A DNA stretch of 64,000 bases, taken from contig JARXPF010000001.1 of assembly GCA_029887765.1 (NCBI GenBank), forward strand, positions 488 to 64,487. The letters are read 5' to 3'. The DNA comes from Thermoproteota archaeon. Its GTDB lineage: Archaea > Thermoproteota > Methanomethylicia > Methanomethylicales > Methanomethylicaceae. Each line of letters opens with the position of its first letter. Within the stretch, counting starts at the first letter, position 1. The notes under the pieces were generated by a model, which had not been told where the DNA came from, ran no database searches, and saw only the letters and a list, made by a program, of their open reading frames with translations. The translations under genes were made by a program, and so were the position numbers. Shown in pieces: positions 50,432 through 60,677 of this stretch.

Positions 50432-51202
50432 ATGGTATTAGAAAAGCTCATAATGGATATTGAAGAAATTTTGAAAGAAGAAGAAAAATTAATTGAGATT
50501 AAGAATGCTTCAGTAATAATAATAGGAGATATTCATGGTGATTATTTATCACTTGAAAGGATTTTAAAAGACTTAAAAAATGAAAAAATTGTATTCCTTG
50601 GAGATTATGCAGATAGAGGACCTTCACCTATTGAAGTTTATGAAAAAATTTTTGAACTTAAAGTTTCTCGACCAAAAGAAGTATTTTTATTAAGAGGAAA
50701 TCATGAAGCACCAGATTTATTACCATTTCATCCTCATGATTTCCCATGGCATTTGAATTTAAAATATGGAGATAGATGGAGAGAAATTTACAAAAAATTT
50801 ATAGGAATTTATAATAAAATGCCCATAGCTTTAATTATTGAAAAATTAGCATTATTATTACATGGTGGAATTTCTCCAGAAATAAAAATAGAAAATTTAA
50901 AAAATCCTGATGAAAAAATTTTAGAAATAATTTTATGGAGTGATCCATCTGATGAAATTCATGGAGTTTTACCTTCTTATAGAGGAGCAGGTATTATTTT
51001 TGGACCTGATGTTTCTTTTAAAGTATTAAGTGAAATTAATGTTAAATATTTAATAAGATCTCATCAACCAACTATATATGGATATAAATGGAATCATAAT
51101 ATGAAGGTTTTAACAATTTTTTCTTCAAAAAATGTTTATAATTTAATAAATGGTGCTTATGTAAAAATAGTAAATGGAAATTTAGAAATTGTAAAATTTT
51201 AA
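50432..51202 (+). CDS. PPP-family Ser/Thr protein phosphatase
   Basis: GDIHG, GDYADRG, RGNHE, HGG, LWSDP, RSHQ. Confidence 0.92.
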   Translation: MVLEKLIMDIEEILKEEEKLIEIKNASVIIIGDIHGDYLSLERILKDLKNEKIVFLGDYADRGPSPIEVYEKIFELKVSRPKEVFLLRGNHEAPDLLPFHPHDFPWHLNLKYGDRWREIYKKFIGIYNKMPIALIIEKLALLLHGGISPEIKIENLKNPDEKILEIILWSDPSDEIHGVLPSYRGAGIIFGPDVSFKVLSEINVKYLIRSHQPTIYGYKWNHNMKVLTIFSSKNVYNLINGAYVKIVNGNLEIVKF

Positions 51203-52641
51203 ATCTCTTTTAAAGATTTAATAAAAGCATTTATACAACTAGAAATTGCATATGTCATGGTATTTTTTATTTTTGAAATATCTAATTCATTTAATACTTT
51301 TATTCTATGATATAATGGAGGATGAGGATCCCATTTTAGCCAATCGCTTACATTTACTAATTCAAAAGCTAAGCTTTGATATTTTATTAAACCAATTTTC
51401 CTCAAGGAAGATGCTAATGCTCTTGGATTTCCAGTTATTATTGCAGCATCTAAATCAGCTCTTGCTTCTAAGAATTTTGCTACAAAAAATAGTAAAGTAA
51501 AAGCAAAGAATAAGTAAAGAATATCAAAAAGAAGGCCAAATCTAGAAATGAAAGGCCAAATAATGTAAACTCTTGTTAAATATTCAAAAGTAGCTAAACT
51601 CATTAAAACTATGGGATCCCTAGCTTTAATATGACTAAGTTCATGTGCTAATACTGCTTCTATTTCCTCTTTATCCATATATGCTATTAAGCCACTTGTT
51701 ATTAAAATTGCAGATTTACTATAAGAAATCCCTGTTGCTGCAGCATTTGGTGGAAGAACATTTACTAAAGTTATTTTAGGAATTTTATTAAATTTAAATT
51801 TTGATGATAATCTTTCAATAATTTCATACACATTTACAGCTTTTATTTTAATCAATTCTGGTTTACACGTAATGCCATATTTATTGAATATTGAACATAA
51901 TACTTCTGGATTTAAATTCTTTCCTAAAGCTAAAGTAGAATCATAAATCTCTTTTTTTATAATCTTTATCTTTGGATAATGAATTCTTATTATTCTATTA
52001 AATTCTTCTTTATTCATTTTAAGCTCAGTAATATAAATTGTAGGATTATCTGGTGTTATATTGAATTCACCACGATAAGTGATTATTTTATGTGCAAAAA
52101 TAATAATTGTGAATTGTAATGCTATAAGAATTAATGGAGTTAACATTTCAAAAAATTGATATATTATTATTCCAAATAGAAGAATTATCATAAACAAATA
52201 AAGAAAGTTTCCAAAAATTATTGATCCTATAATTTTCTTTATTGTTTTTTCTTTTTCTTTAGGCAAAATATCCATTTTTGGTGAAAAAACTAAGAAAAGA
52301 GAAGGGCCTTCTTTGAAATAAGATCTTATCATTTCTTCTATTTCTAAATCCAATATTCTATATTCTTTTTCACTAATACTTTCTTCAGGATATGGAAAAT
52401 AGTAAATTTCAAAACCTTCATTTGTTGCTTTTATAGCAATATCTAAAATTCTTCCATCTATATTCATTCTATATTGTAATACTTCATTACCATTAATAGA
52501 AGATTTACTAATATAGGAAATACGTGAATTTTTTTCTAAAATTTCAATCAAATAATTAAATAATTTAGAAATTTCTTCTATTGGTACTTTTATATCGAGT
52601 ATTATTCTACGCTTCCATTCTTTAAAATCTTTTACTGACAA
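51199..52641 (-). CDS. M48 (HtpX-like) zinc metalloprotease with long N-terminal extension
   Basis: PNAAATG, AHELSH, EARAD, HPP..RI. Confidence 0.85.
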   Translation of the reverse strand: MSVKDFKEWKRRIILDIKVPIEEISKLFNYLIEILEKNSRISYISKSSINGNEVLQYRMNIDGRILDIAIKATNEGFEIYYFPYPEESISEKEYRILDLEIEEMIRSYFKEGPSLFLVFSPKMDILPKEKEKTIKKIIGSIIFGNFLYLFMIILLFGIIIYQFFEMLTPLILIALQFTIIIFAHKIITYRGEFNITPDNPTIYITELKMNKEEFNRIIRIHYPKIKIIKKEIYDSTLALGKNLNPEVLCSIFNKYGITCKPELIKIKAVNVYEIIERLSSKFKFNKIPKITLVNVLPPNAAATGISYSKSAILITSGLIAYMDKEEIEAVLAHELSHIKARDPIVLMSLATFEYLTRVYIIWPFISRFGLLFDILYLFFAFTLLFFVAKFLEARADLDAAIITGNPRALASSLRKIGLIKYQSLAFELVNVSDWLKWDPHPPLYHRIKVLNELDISKIKNTMTYAISSCINAFIKSLKEI

Positions 52642-52711
52642 TTCTTTCTCCTATTTTAAATTAAAAAAACATATTAAAAAATATGCAGGTTATAAGATTT
52701 AGTGAGTTGAA

Positions 52712-53134
52712 ATGAAAAGTTTAGATGAAGTTGATATTAAAATATTATCAATACTAAAAGAAGATGGAAGAGCTCCTTTTACAAAAATTGCAAATGAATT
52801 AGGACTATCTGAAGCTGCTGTTAGAAAAAGAGTTGAAAGATTAAAGTCTGAAGGAATTATTAAGAAATTTACAGTAGACATAGATGTAGGTGAAAGTGTA
52901 CAAGCATTAATAATGGTAACAGTATTACCATCTTATCCAAACCCTATTGTAGCTCAAGCAATAAAAAAAATTGGAGGAATTGAAAAAGTATTTGAAGTAG
53001 CAGGAGAGGTTGATATAATAGCAATAGCTTCAGGTAAAAGTATTCAAGAAATTAATAAACATATAGACGATATAAGAAGAATAGAAGGAGTTGCAAAGAC
53101 TAGTTCTATGATTGTTCTTAGGTCATGGGTTTGA
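52712..53134 (+). CDS. lysM: Lrp-family regulator LysM
   Basis: Lrp HTH plus RAM domain directly upstream of lysX. Confidence 0.75.
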   Translation: MKSLDEVDIKILSILKEDGRAPFTKIANELGLSEAAVRKRVERLKSEGIIKKFTVDIDVGESVQALIMVTVLPSYPNPIVAQAIKKIGGIEKVFEVAGEVDIIAIASGKSIQEINKHIDDIRRIEGVAKTSSMIVLRSWV

Positions 53135-53137
53135 CAT

Positions 53138-53220
53138 TCGTACTTTTATATACGATAATAAATAAAAAAATAAAATTATTTTTTAGCGAAATCTTTAAAT
53201 AGATTCGTTATTCGAATCTA
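53138..53220 (+). promoter_or_regulatory. lysX promoter with dyads TCGTA-N8-TACGA (53138-53155) and TAGATTCG-TTATT-CGAATCTA (53200-53220) flanking TATA TTTAAATA (53194-53201)
   Basis: Perfect inverted repeats containing CG, which is otherwise scarce; AT-rich 5-nt centre typical of Lrp sites. Confidence 0.6.
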
Positions 53221-53237
53221 TCAAGGTTTGATTCAAA

Positions 53238-54089
53238 ATGGTGAGTCTCTCAATTCTATATGATCATATGAGATGGGAAGAAAAAGCACTCTATGAAGCT
53301 TGTAAAAAAAGGAATATTGATTTTTCAATGGTAAATGCTGAAAATCTTTCACTTGAAATTACATCTAATGATAAGCCAAAAGAATTAGGAGATGTAGTAA
53401 TTCAAAGATGTGTAAGTTATTTTCGTGGACTTCATTTATCAGCTGTTATTGAGAGCTATGGTACTAAAGTCATAAATAGTTTTAAAACAATGGAAATTTG
53501 TGGTAATAAAGTATTAAATTCTTTAATTTTTAAAAAGTATAAAATACCAACACCTAGAACTTATATTGCATTTACAACTGATGCTGCTTTAGAAGCACTT
53601 GAAAAATTAGGATATCCTGCAATTCTAAAACCAGTAATAGGAAGTTGGGGAAGATTAGTTTCTTTATTAAATGATAAAACATCAGCAATAGTTGCTTTAG
53701 AACATAGAGAAATGATGTTCCCACTTTATCAAATATATTATTTACAAGAAATGATTAAAAGACCTCCTAGAGACCTTAGAGTTTTTGTTATAGGAGAAGA
53801 AGTCCCTGTTGCAATCTATAGAATAAATGAAAATGATTGGAGAACTAATACAGCAAGAGGTGGAAGAGTAGAGCAATGTCCAATTACTGAAGAAATTAGA
53901 GAATTAGCATTAAAAGCAGCAGAAGCTGTAGGAGGAGGGGTTTTTGGCGTAGACATGATGGAAAGTGAAAGTGGTTATGTAGTCCATGAAATTAATGCTA
54001 CAGTTGAGTTTAAGAATACAGTTCCAGCTACTGGTGTAGATATACCAGGTATGATTATTGATTATGCTATTAAAGAGGTGAAAAAATGA
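53238..54089 (+). CDS. lysX: Alpha-aminoadipate--LysW ligase
   Basis: ATP-grasp; KPVIGSWGRL, WRTNTARGG, EFKNT. Confidence 0.92.
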   Translation: MVSLSILYDHMRWEEKALYEACKKRNIDFSMVNAENLSLEITSNDKPKELGDVVIQRCVSYFRGLHLSAVIESYGTKVINSFKTMEICGNKVLNSLIFKKYKIPTPRTYIAFTTDAALEALEKLGYPAILKPVIGSWGRLVSLLNDKTSAIVALEHREMMFPLYQIYYLQEMIKRPPRDLRVFVIGEEVPVAIYRINENDWRTNTARGGRVEQCPITEEIRELALKAAEAVGGGVFGVDMMESESGYVVHEINATVEFKNTVPATGVDIPGMIIDYAIKEVKK

Positions 54090-55141
54090 TACCTGTTGGA
54101 ATAATAGGTGGTTCTGGATATACTGGTGGTGAATTATTAAGAATACTTTTAAATCATGAAAAAGTTGAAATTAAAGCAGTAACTTCAAGAGAATATGCTG
54201 GAGAGCCTGTATTTAGAGCGCATCCACACTTAAGAAAAATAACTGATATTAAATTCATAGAACCAGATATTGAGAAAGTAGTGTCAATGTGTAATTTTGT
54301 TTTTTTAGCAGTTCCACATGGTACAGCTGCACCTATGGTAAGAAGATTACTTGAAGCTGGAATAAGAATTATTGATTTAAGTGCTGATTTTAGACTTAAA
54401 AATAAAGATGATTATTTAAAGTGGTATGGATGGGAGCATCCCTGTCCTGAATTATTAGAATTAGCAGTATTTGGTTTACCAGAATTTCATAGAAATGAGA
54501 TAAGAAATGCTAAACTTGTGGCAAATCCTGGTTGTATAGCAACTGCAAGTATACTTAGTATTACACCAATAATAAAAGCAGGAATTGTAGAAAATAATAA
54601 AATTGTACTTGATGCAAAAATAGGATCTTCTGGTGCAGGAACTTCAGTTAGTGAAGCAACCCATCATCCAGAACATTCAAATTTAGTTAGAGCTTATAAA
54701 CCAGTAATGCATAGACATACTCCAGAAATAGAACAAGAAGTTTCATTAAAAGCAGGATTTAAAGTTACCATAGCCCTTACTCCTCATGCAATAGACATGG
54801 TAAGAGGAATCCTTGTAACAGGTCATATGTTTCTTAAGAAAGAAGTTAATATACAAGAGATTTGGAAAGTTTATAGAGAAATGTATCAAAATGAACCTTT
54901 TGTAAGAATTGTTAGAGATCATAAAGGATTACATAGATTACCTGATCCAATGAATGTGATAGGATCAAATTTCTGTGATGTTGGTTTTGAAATAGACCCT
55001 CATGCAAATAGAATTGTAACTTTTGGAGCATTAGATAACTTAATAAAAGGAGCAGCTGGTCAAGCAGTTCAAAACTTTAATATTATGATAGGTGTTGATG
55101 AAAAAATGGGTTTAGGATTTCCAGGAGTTAGACCTATATGA
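54086..55141 (+). CDS. lysY: [LysW]-aminoadipyl/glutamyl-phosphate reductase
   Basis: GGSGYTG, DLSADFR, NPGC, GSSGAG, HRH.PE, DNLIKGAAGQA. Confidence 0.92.
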   Translation: MIPVGIIGGSGYTGGELLRILLNHEKVEIKAVTSREYAGEPVFRAHPHLRKITDIKFIEPDIEKVVSMCNFVFLAVPHGTAAPMVRRLLEAGIRIIDLSADFRLKNKDDYLKWYGWEHPCPELLELAVFGLPEFHRNEIRNAKLVANPGCIATASILSITPIIKAGIVENNKIVLDAKIGSSGAGTSVSEATHHPEHSNLVRAYKPVMHRHTPEIEQEVSLKAGFKVTIALTPHAIDMVRGILVTGHMFLKKEVNIQEIWKVYREMYQNEPFVRIVRDHKGLHRLPDPMNVIGSNFCDVGFEIDPHANRIVTFGALDNLIKGAAGQAVQNFNIMIGVDEKMGLGFPGVRPI

Positions 55142-55947
55142 AAATTGTTATAAAAATTGGAGGAGATTTGCTTAAAGAAGATAAACCAAATATTTCTTTA
55201 ATAGAAGATTTAAAAGACTTTTCAAAAAAAGAAAGTATAATAATAGTACATGGTGGAGGAGATAGAGTAACAGAAATTGCAACAAAATTAGGAAAAGAAC
55301 AAAAATTTGTTATTTCTCCTGAAGGATTTAAAAGTAGATATACTGATAGAGAGACTGTAGAAATTTATGCAATGGTGATGGCTGGAGAAATAAATACTAA
55401 AATTGTTGGAATATTACAATCATACGGAATAAATGCAATTGGACTATCTGGATTTGATGGAGGATTATTAAGAGCTAAAAGAAAAGAAAGAATTGTAATA
55501 ATAGATGAAGAGGGAAGGAAAAGAGCAATTGATGGAGGATTTACAGGAAAAATAACATTAGTTAATGAAAAGTTATTAGAATTAATTATAGTGAATGGTT
55601 ATGTACCCGTAATTTCTCCATTAGCCATGGGAGAGAATTTCGAACCATTAAATGTTGATGGAGATAGAACTGCTAGTGCTATAGCTAAAGCAATAAAGGC
55701 TGATTATTTAATATTTCTTACAGATGTAGAAGGTGTAATTATTGATAATAAAATTATTAATAAAGTACGTATAGAGGAAATAGAAGAAATACTTAAGAAA
55801 ATAGGACCAGGAATGTCTACAAAAGTTCATGCTGCAATTGAAGCTGTAAAAAATGGAGTTAATAAAGCAATAATAACTTCAGGATTTATTGATAATCCTT
55901 TAAAAAGAGCTATAGAAGAAAGGAGTGGAACTATAATATGTCATTAG
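55138..55947 (+). CDS. lysZ: [LysW]-aminoadipate/glutamate kinase
   Basis: VIKIGG, VHGGG, SRYTD, NVDGD. Confidence 0.92.
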   Translation: MKIVIKIGGDLLKEDKPNISLIEDLKDFSKKESIIIVHGGGDRVTEIATKLGKEQKFVISPEGFKSRYTDRETVEIYAMVMAGEINTKIVGILQSYGINAIGLSGFDGGLLRAKRKERIVIIDEEGRKRAIDGGFTGKITLVNEKLLELIIVNGYVPVISPLAMGENFEPLNVDGDRTASAIAKAIKADYLIFLTDVEGVIIDNKIINKVRIEEIEEILKKIGPGMSTKVHAAIEAVKNGVNKAIITSGFIDNPLKRAIEERSGTIICH

Positions 55948-57119
55948 AAAAATTTGAAGATACTTTCTTAGCAAATACTTTTTGGAAAAGGCCAATAACA
56001 ATAGTAAGAGGATTTGGGGCAAAAGTTTGGGATTCAGAAGGTAGGGAATATATTGATTGTGGTTGTGGATATGGTGTAGCATTACTTGGCCATTGTCATC
56101 CAAAAATTGTTGATGCTATAAAAAAACAATGTGAAAGATTAATAACATGTCATGGATCTTTTTACAATGACATTAGAGAAGAATGTCTTTTAAAACTATA
56201 TAAAATAAAACCAAAAGGAACAGATAAAATATTTTTATCAAATTCAGGAGCAGAAGCTGTTGAAGCTGCAATTAAACTTGTTAAAAAATTTACAAAAAAG
56301 AAAAAAATAATTGCTATGGTGAATAGTTTTCATGGAAAAACAATTGGAGCATTATCATTAACATGGAATCCAAAATATAGAGAACCATTTCTTCCATTAC
56401 TTGAAGGTATTAAATTTGCTCCTTATGGAAATTTTGAAAAATTAAAAACTCTTATAGATGAAGATGTTGGTGCAATTTTTATTGAACCTATACAAGGAGA
56501 GGGAGGGATTAATGTCCCCCCTCCAGACTATTTAAAACAAGTAAGAGAATTATGTAATGAAAAAGATATATTATTAGTACTTGATGAAGTTCAATCTGGT
56601 TTTGGAAGAACAGGCAAAATTTGGGCTCATGAATATTTTGGCATAGAACCAGACATACTATGTGCTGGTAAAGCATTAGGAGGGGGTTTACCCATAGGCG
56701 CAACTTATGCTCGTGCAGATATTATGGATTCGCTTAAAAGAGGAGAGCATTCTAATACTTTTGGTGGAAATCCTTTAGTTTGTGCTAGTTGTAAAGCTGC
56801 TATTGAAGTTTTAATTGAAGATGGTCTTATAGAAAATGCTAAAATTATGGGTGATTTCTTATTAAATGAATTTTCAAAAATTAATAGTAAATTAATTAGA
56901 GAAGTTAGAGGAATAGGATTAATGATAGGAATAGAGATGAGATTTGAAGTTAAGGATATTATACTTGAAATGCTTAAAAAAGGAGTAATAGTATTAGAAG
57001 CTGGGAAGAATGTTATAAGATTACTTCCACCTCTTGTAATTACAAAGGATGAGGCTGAAAAAGTAATTTCAGTTTTTGAAGATGTTATAAAAATGGAAGA
57101 GAAGAAAAAATTTGGTTGA
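55938..57119 (+). CDS. lysJ: [LysW]-aminoadipate semialdehyde aminotransferase (class III)
   Basis: NSGAEA, FHGKT, EPIQGEGG, DEVQSG, GKALGGG. Confidence 0.9.
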   Translation: MSLEKFEDTFLANTFWKRPITIVRGFGAKVWDSEGREYIDCGCGYGVALLGHCHPKIVDAIKKQCERLITCHGSFYNDIREECLLKLYKIKPKGTDKIFLSNSGAEAVEAAIKLVKKFTKKKKIIAMVNSFHGKTIGALSLTWNPKYREPFLPLLEGIKFAPYGNFEKLKTLIDEDVGAIFIEPIQGEGGINVPPPDYLKQVRELCNEKDILLVLDEVQSGFGRTGKIWAHEYFGIEPDILCAGKALGGGLPIGATYARADIMDSLKRGEHSNTFGGNPLVCASCKAAIEVLIEDGLIENAKIMGDFLLNEFSKINSKLIREVRGIGLMIGIEMRFEVKDIILEMLKKGVIVLEAGKNVIRLLPPLVITKDEAEKVISVFEDVIKMEEKKKFG

Positions 57120-58210
57120 AAATTATGGAATATCCAATAGAATTATTAATGAATTTATTAAGTATTTATAGTCCAAGTGGAAGAGAAGAAAAAATTTCCA
57201 ATTTTATTGCCTCAGAATTTAATAAACTTGGATTTAATGTTAAAGTAGATGAAGTAGGAAATGTTGAAGGAGTTTGGGGAAAAGGAAGGCCAAGTATTTT
57301 ACTTTGTGGACATATGGACACTGTTAAAGGTTTTATAAAACCTAAGATTAGAGGAAAAGTAATTTTTGGAAGAGGAGCAGTAGATGCAAAAACATCATTA
57401 GCAGCATTAATATGTGGTGCAAAAAAATTCATTGAAATTGGAAATAAGGGGAAGATAACAATATTGGCTGTAGTTGATGAAGAAAAAAATAGTATAGGAA
57501 TAAAACATTTCATAAATAGATGTAGTGAAGAATATGATTATGCTATTTTTGGAGAACCTAGTGGAGCTTATGGATTAACAATAGGTTATAAAGGTAGACT
57601 ACTTTTTAAAATTTCATGTAAAACAGAGTCTGGTCATGCTAGTGTTCCACAATTCTTTGAAAATGCAATATATTTAGCAATGGATGTTATTAAAGAAATT
57701 CAAGAAATTCAACAAAAATGGGAAATTCTTGGAAAAGATAGATTTTGGACGCCTAGTTTATGTGTTACTAAAATAAGAGGAGGAGAATTTCATAATACAG
57801 TTCCATCACATTGTAATATGATTGTTGATGCTAGAGTACCACCTAATATGCGTAATGAAGTTATAAAAGAAATTTCATTAATTTTAGAAAAATTTTCAAA
57901 TACAAAAAAACAAGTAAGTATGGATTTATTAGATGAAAGTGAACCATTTTTAGCACAAGAAGATTCTGATTTAGTAAAAATATTTATTCAATCAATAAAA
58001 GAAGTGACTGGAAGAGAATGTAAACTTTATAGAAAAACTGGTACTGGAGATGTTAATGAATTTGTAAAGAAATTTAAAATTCCATGTGTAGTTTATGGTC
58101 CTGGTAATTCTAAATTAAGTCATACAAAAAAAGAAAATGTATCAATAAAAGAATATTTTGATAGTATTGAAATAATAAAAAATGTTCTATTAAAGCTCTC
58201 TAATCATTAA
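57116..58210 (+). CDS. lysK: [LysW]-lysine/ornithine hydrolase (M20)
   Basis: GHMDTV, GRGAVDAK, DEE, GEPS, YGPG..H. Confidence 0.9.
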   Translation: MKIMEYPIELLMNLLSIYSPSGREEKISNFIASEFNKLGFNVKVDEVGNVEGVWGKGRPSILLCGHMDTVKGFIKPKIRGKVIFGRGAVDAKTSLAALICGAKKFIEIGNKGKITILAVVDEEKNSIGIKHFINRCSEEYDYAIFGEPSGAYGLTIGYKGRLLFKISCKTESGHASVPQFFENAIYLAMDVIKEIQEIQQKWEILGKDRFWTPSLCVTKIRGGEFHNTVPSHCNMIVDARVPPNMRNEVIKEISLILEKFSNTKKQVSMDLLDESEPFLAQEDSDLVKIFIQSIKEVTGRECKLYRKTGTGDVNEFVKKFKIPCVVYGPGNSKLSHTKKENVSIKEYFDSIEIIKNVLLKLSNH

Positions 58211-58215
58211 ATATT

Positions 58216-58557
58216 TTATTCTATTGGTATTGTAAAAGGCTGTTCTTTTTTAGAAAGTTTTATTTCTAATATACCATTTTTAAATCTTGCCCTAGCAGTC
58301 TCAGGGTCTATTCTTGAGGGCAAAGACAATCTTTTAACATATCTACAAAACTTTACTTCTCTTTGAAAAGTACCCCACTTTTCATAATGTATTACTTTTT
58401 TTACTTTTGCTTCTATTAAAATAGTATCTTCTGTTAAATTAATTGTAATGTCTGATTTATTTTCTACAAATGGCATATCTATTCTAATAATAATCTCATT
58501 ATTATTTTCATAAATTTCTGATAATGGTTCTATACAACCAGAAGTATAGTCCCACAT
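58216..58557 (-). CDS. Small heat-shock protein (Hsp20)
   Basis: Alpha-crystallin LPSRIDP..ARARFKNGILEI and C-terminal IPI motif; ATG 58557 after GGGTGA. Confidence 0.88.
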   Translation of the reverse strand: MWDYTSGCIEPLSEIYENNNEIIIRIDMPFVENKSDITINLTEDTILIEAKVKKVIHYEKWGTFQREVKFCRYVKRLSLPSRIDPETARARFKNGILEIKLSKKEQPFTIPIE

Positions 58558-58598
58558 GATTTTCTTCACCCAAAATTCTTTAATCAAATAATAACACC

Positions 58599-59357
58599 TC
58601 ACACATACATTAGTGGAAGTTCATACTCTTGAGACTTGCCCATTCTCTTCAAATTTTCCGCAGTTTTTCTCATGAGTTCTCTAGCACTTAATCTTATTTC
58701 TTCAGATTTATCCATTAAAGATTTTACATCAATGTTTAATGATATTAATTTATTAAGAGCTGAAATTACAGAAGCTGCTGCTCCAGGATCAGGATAATTT
58801 GGATAAGATTCTGCCAAAAGTACAAGATTTGGAATTTTTTCTTGTAAAGAATATTTAGCTATTAAAGCATATGGTCCTGCTAAAAACCCTTCTTCCATTA
58901 TAGGGATATCCAGCTTCTTCATATTATCTCTTATATAATCCATATTTGATGCTCCATATACTTTCGGAACTTCTATATCAAGTCTATTTGGAACACCAAC
59001 ACCTCCAAGAGAAATAAGTAATGAAGTTTTCTTTTCTTTAGACCAATTTACTATGGATTTTGCTAAAGGAAATATAGATTCTGGTGTAAGTGCTATTTCA
59101 GAAAATATTGCAAGTATATTCTCTTTTTGATAAATTCTTAATGGATACGTAGGAGTTCCTTTATGAAATACAACTATTGGTGGAAATAATTCTGAATCTA
59201 TGTATGCTACTTCTTCCATGTTTAGAGATTTTATTATATGAGATACTGCAATTACCCCAACAAGTCCAATATCTGGAAGGCCACAAATTACTATAGGATT
59301 TTCTATTTTTATGTGAACTGTCTCTATTATAGAAATCTCTTCCATAATTAAACCCAA
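58599..59357 (-). CDS. PAC2-family proteasome chaperone/activator with C-terminal HbYX (MYV)
   Basis: GLPDIGLVG, YPDPGAA, C-terminal LMYV. Confidence 0.88.
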   Translation of the reverse strand: MGLIMEEISIIETVHIKIENPIVICGLPDIGLVGVIAVSHIIKSLNMEEVAYIDSELFPPIVVFHKGTPTYPLRIYQKENILAIFSEIALTPESIFPLAKSIVNWSKEKKTSLLISLGGVGVPNRLDIEVPKVYGASNMDYIRDNMKKLDIPIMEEGFLAGPYALIAKYSLQEKIPNLVLLAESYPNYPDPGAAASVISALNKLISLNIDVKSLMDKSEEIRLSARELMRKTAENLKRMGKSQEYELPLMYV

Positions 59358-59378
59358 ATATTTATAGTATTTTCATAT

Positions 59379-60677
59379 TTAAGTAATTTCTTCTAAAATT
59401 AATATTGGTCCATCTTTATCAATTATTTTATATTTTTTTCCTTTCTTCATACCCGTACTACATTTAGCTTGCCAATGTTCTCCTCTAAATAAAACAAAAG
59501 CAACTTCATTTGGTTGTGCATCTGAAATTGCAGTTACAATTTCTCCAGCTATTTTTCCAATAGTAGAAGGTCTTTTTCTTACTTGTATTATTCTTACAAT
59601 TATAAATACAAATGTTGCTGATAAAATTAAAGCAATAGCTGTTATAGAGTATGTAAATGTTGCATACCATTCACTAGAAATTGCCCATTTCTCAGGAGTA
59701 AATGGTACTATAAAAAGTGCACCAAATGTTAATAATATTATTCCAGATATACCAAAAAGTCCAAAACCAGGAGTTGCAAGTTCATATACCAATAATATTG
59801 TTCCTATTATCATCATTATAAGTGAAGCTATATTTATATCAAATCCCATTCCAATTAATGCTAATAATATTGCAATAGCTCCAATTATTTCTCCACCATG
59901 ACCAGGGGCAGATAAACCATAAATTAAAGCCAATAAACCTATTAAAAATAATAAACTAGAAATTGTTGGATCTGATATTACGTTAATAAGACTATCTCTT
60001 AATCTAAAATTATATTCTATAATTTTTGCATTAGCTGTTTTAAGAGTTACATTTCCAATTGATGTATTAACAGACATTCCATCAATTTTTTTAAGTAATG
60101 ATTCAATATTATCAGCTCTAACTTCAATTACTCCATAATTATAAGCTTCTTCATCATCAACATTTAAATTTTCAGTAATAAACTTAATAGCTAAAGTTTC
60201 GTTCCTTCCATGTGCTTTAGCATGTGTTGACATTACAGATATTAAAGCATTTATTATCTTTGTGTCATTAATAGGAGTACTGCCAAAAGGAGAATAAGAA
60301 ATAGGTTGACAAGATCCAATTACAGTATGTGGAGCCATTGCTGCAATATGACATGCCATTAATATATATGTACCAGCAGACCATGCTGTAGTACCAGAAG
60401 GATAGACATAACCAATTATTGGAATTGGTGAATTAGTTATTAAAGTAATAATTTTTAGAGTGGCATCTAAACTTCCACCAGGTGTAGAAAGCACAATTAC
60501 TATTGCAGAAATGCCTTCATATTTTGCAATATTAATTGCATCTGCAAGTGCTTCATAATGAGCAATAGATATTGTGCCAGTAATTTTAAATACTAATACT
60601 TTTTCTTCAATAGAATTAACTTGTGTAAATAATAAAAATGAAAAAATTAATATTAAGAAAATTACTGCTCTTTTCAT
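59379..60677 (-). CDS. nfeD: NfeD membrane-bound serine protease
   Basis: TPGG, AWSAG, C-terminal GEHWQA OB fold; adjacent to slipin. Confidence 0.9.
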   Translation of the reverse strand: MKRAVIFLILIFSFLLFTQVNSIEEKVLVFKITGTISIAHYEALADAINIAKYEGISAIVIVLSTPGGSLDATLKIITLITNSPIPIIGYVYPSGTTAWSAGTYILMACHIAAMAPHTVIGSCQPISYSPFGSTPINDTKIINALISVMSTHAKAHGRNETLAIKFITENLNVDDEEAYNYGVIEVRADNIESLLKKIDGMSVNTSIGNVTLKTANAKIIEYNFRLRDSLINVISDPTISSLLFLIGLLALIYGLSAPGHGGEIIGAIAILLALIGMGFDINIASLIMMIIGTILLVYELATPGFGLFGISGIILLTFGALFIVPFTPEKWAISSEWYATFTYSITAIALILSATFVFIIVRIIQVRKRPSTIGKIAGEIVTAISDAQPNEVAFVLFRGEHWQAKCSTGMKKGKKYKIIDKDGPILILEEIT

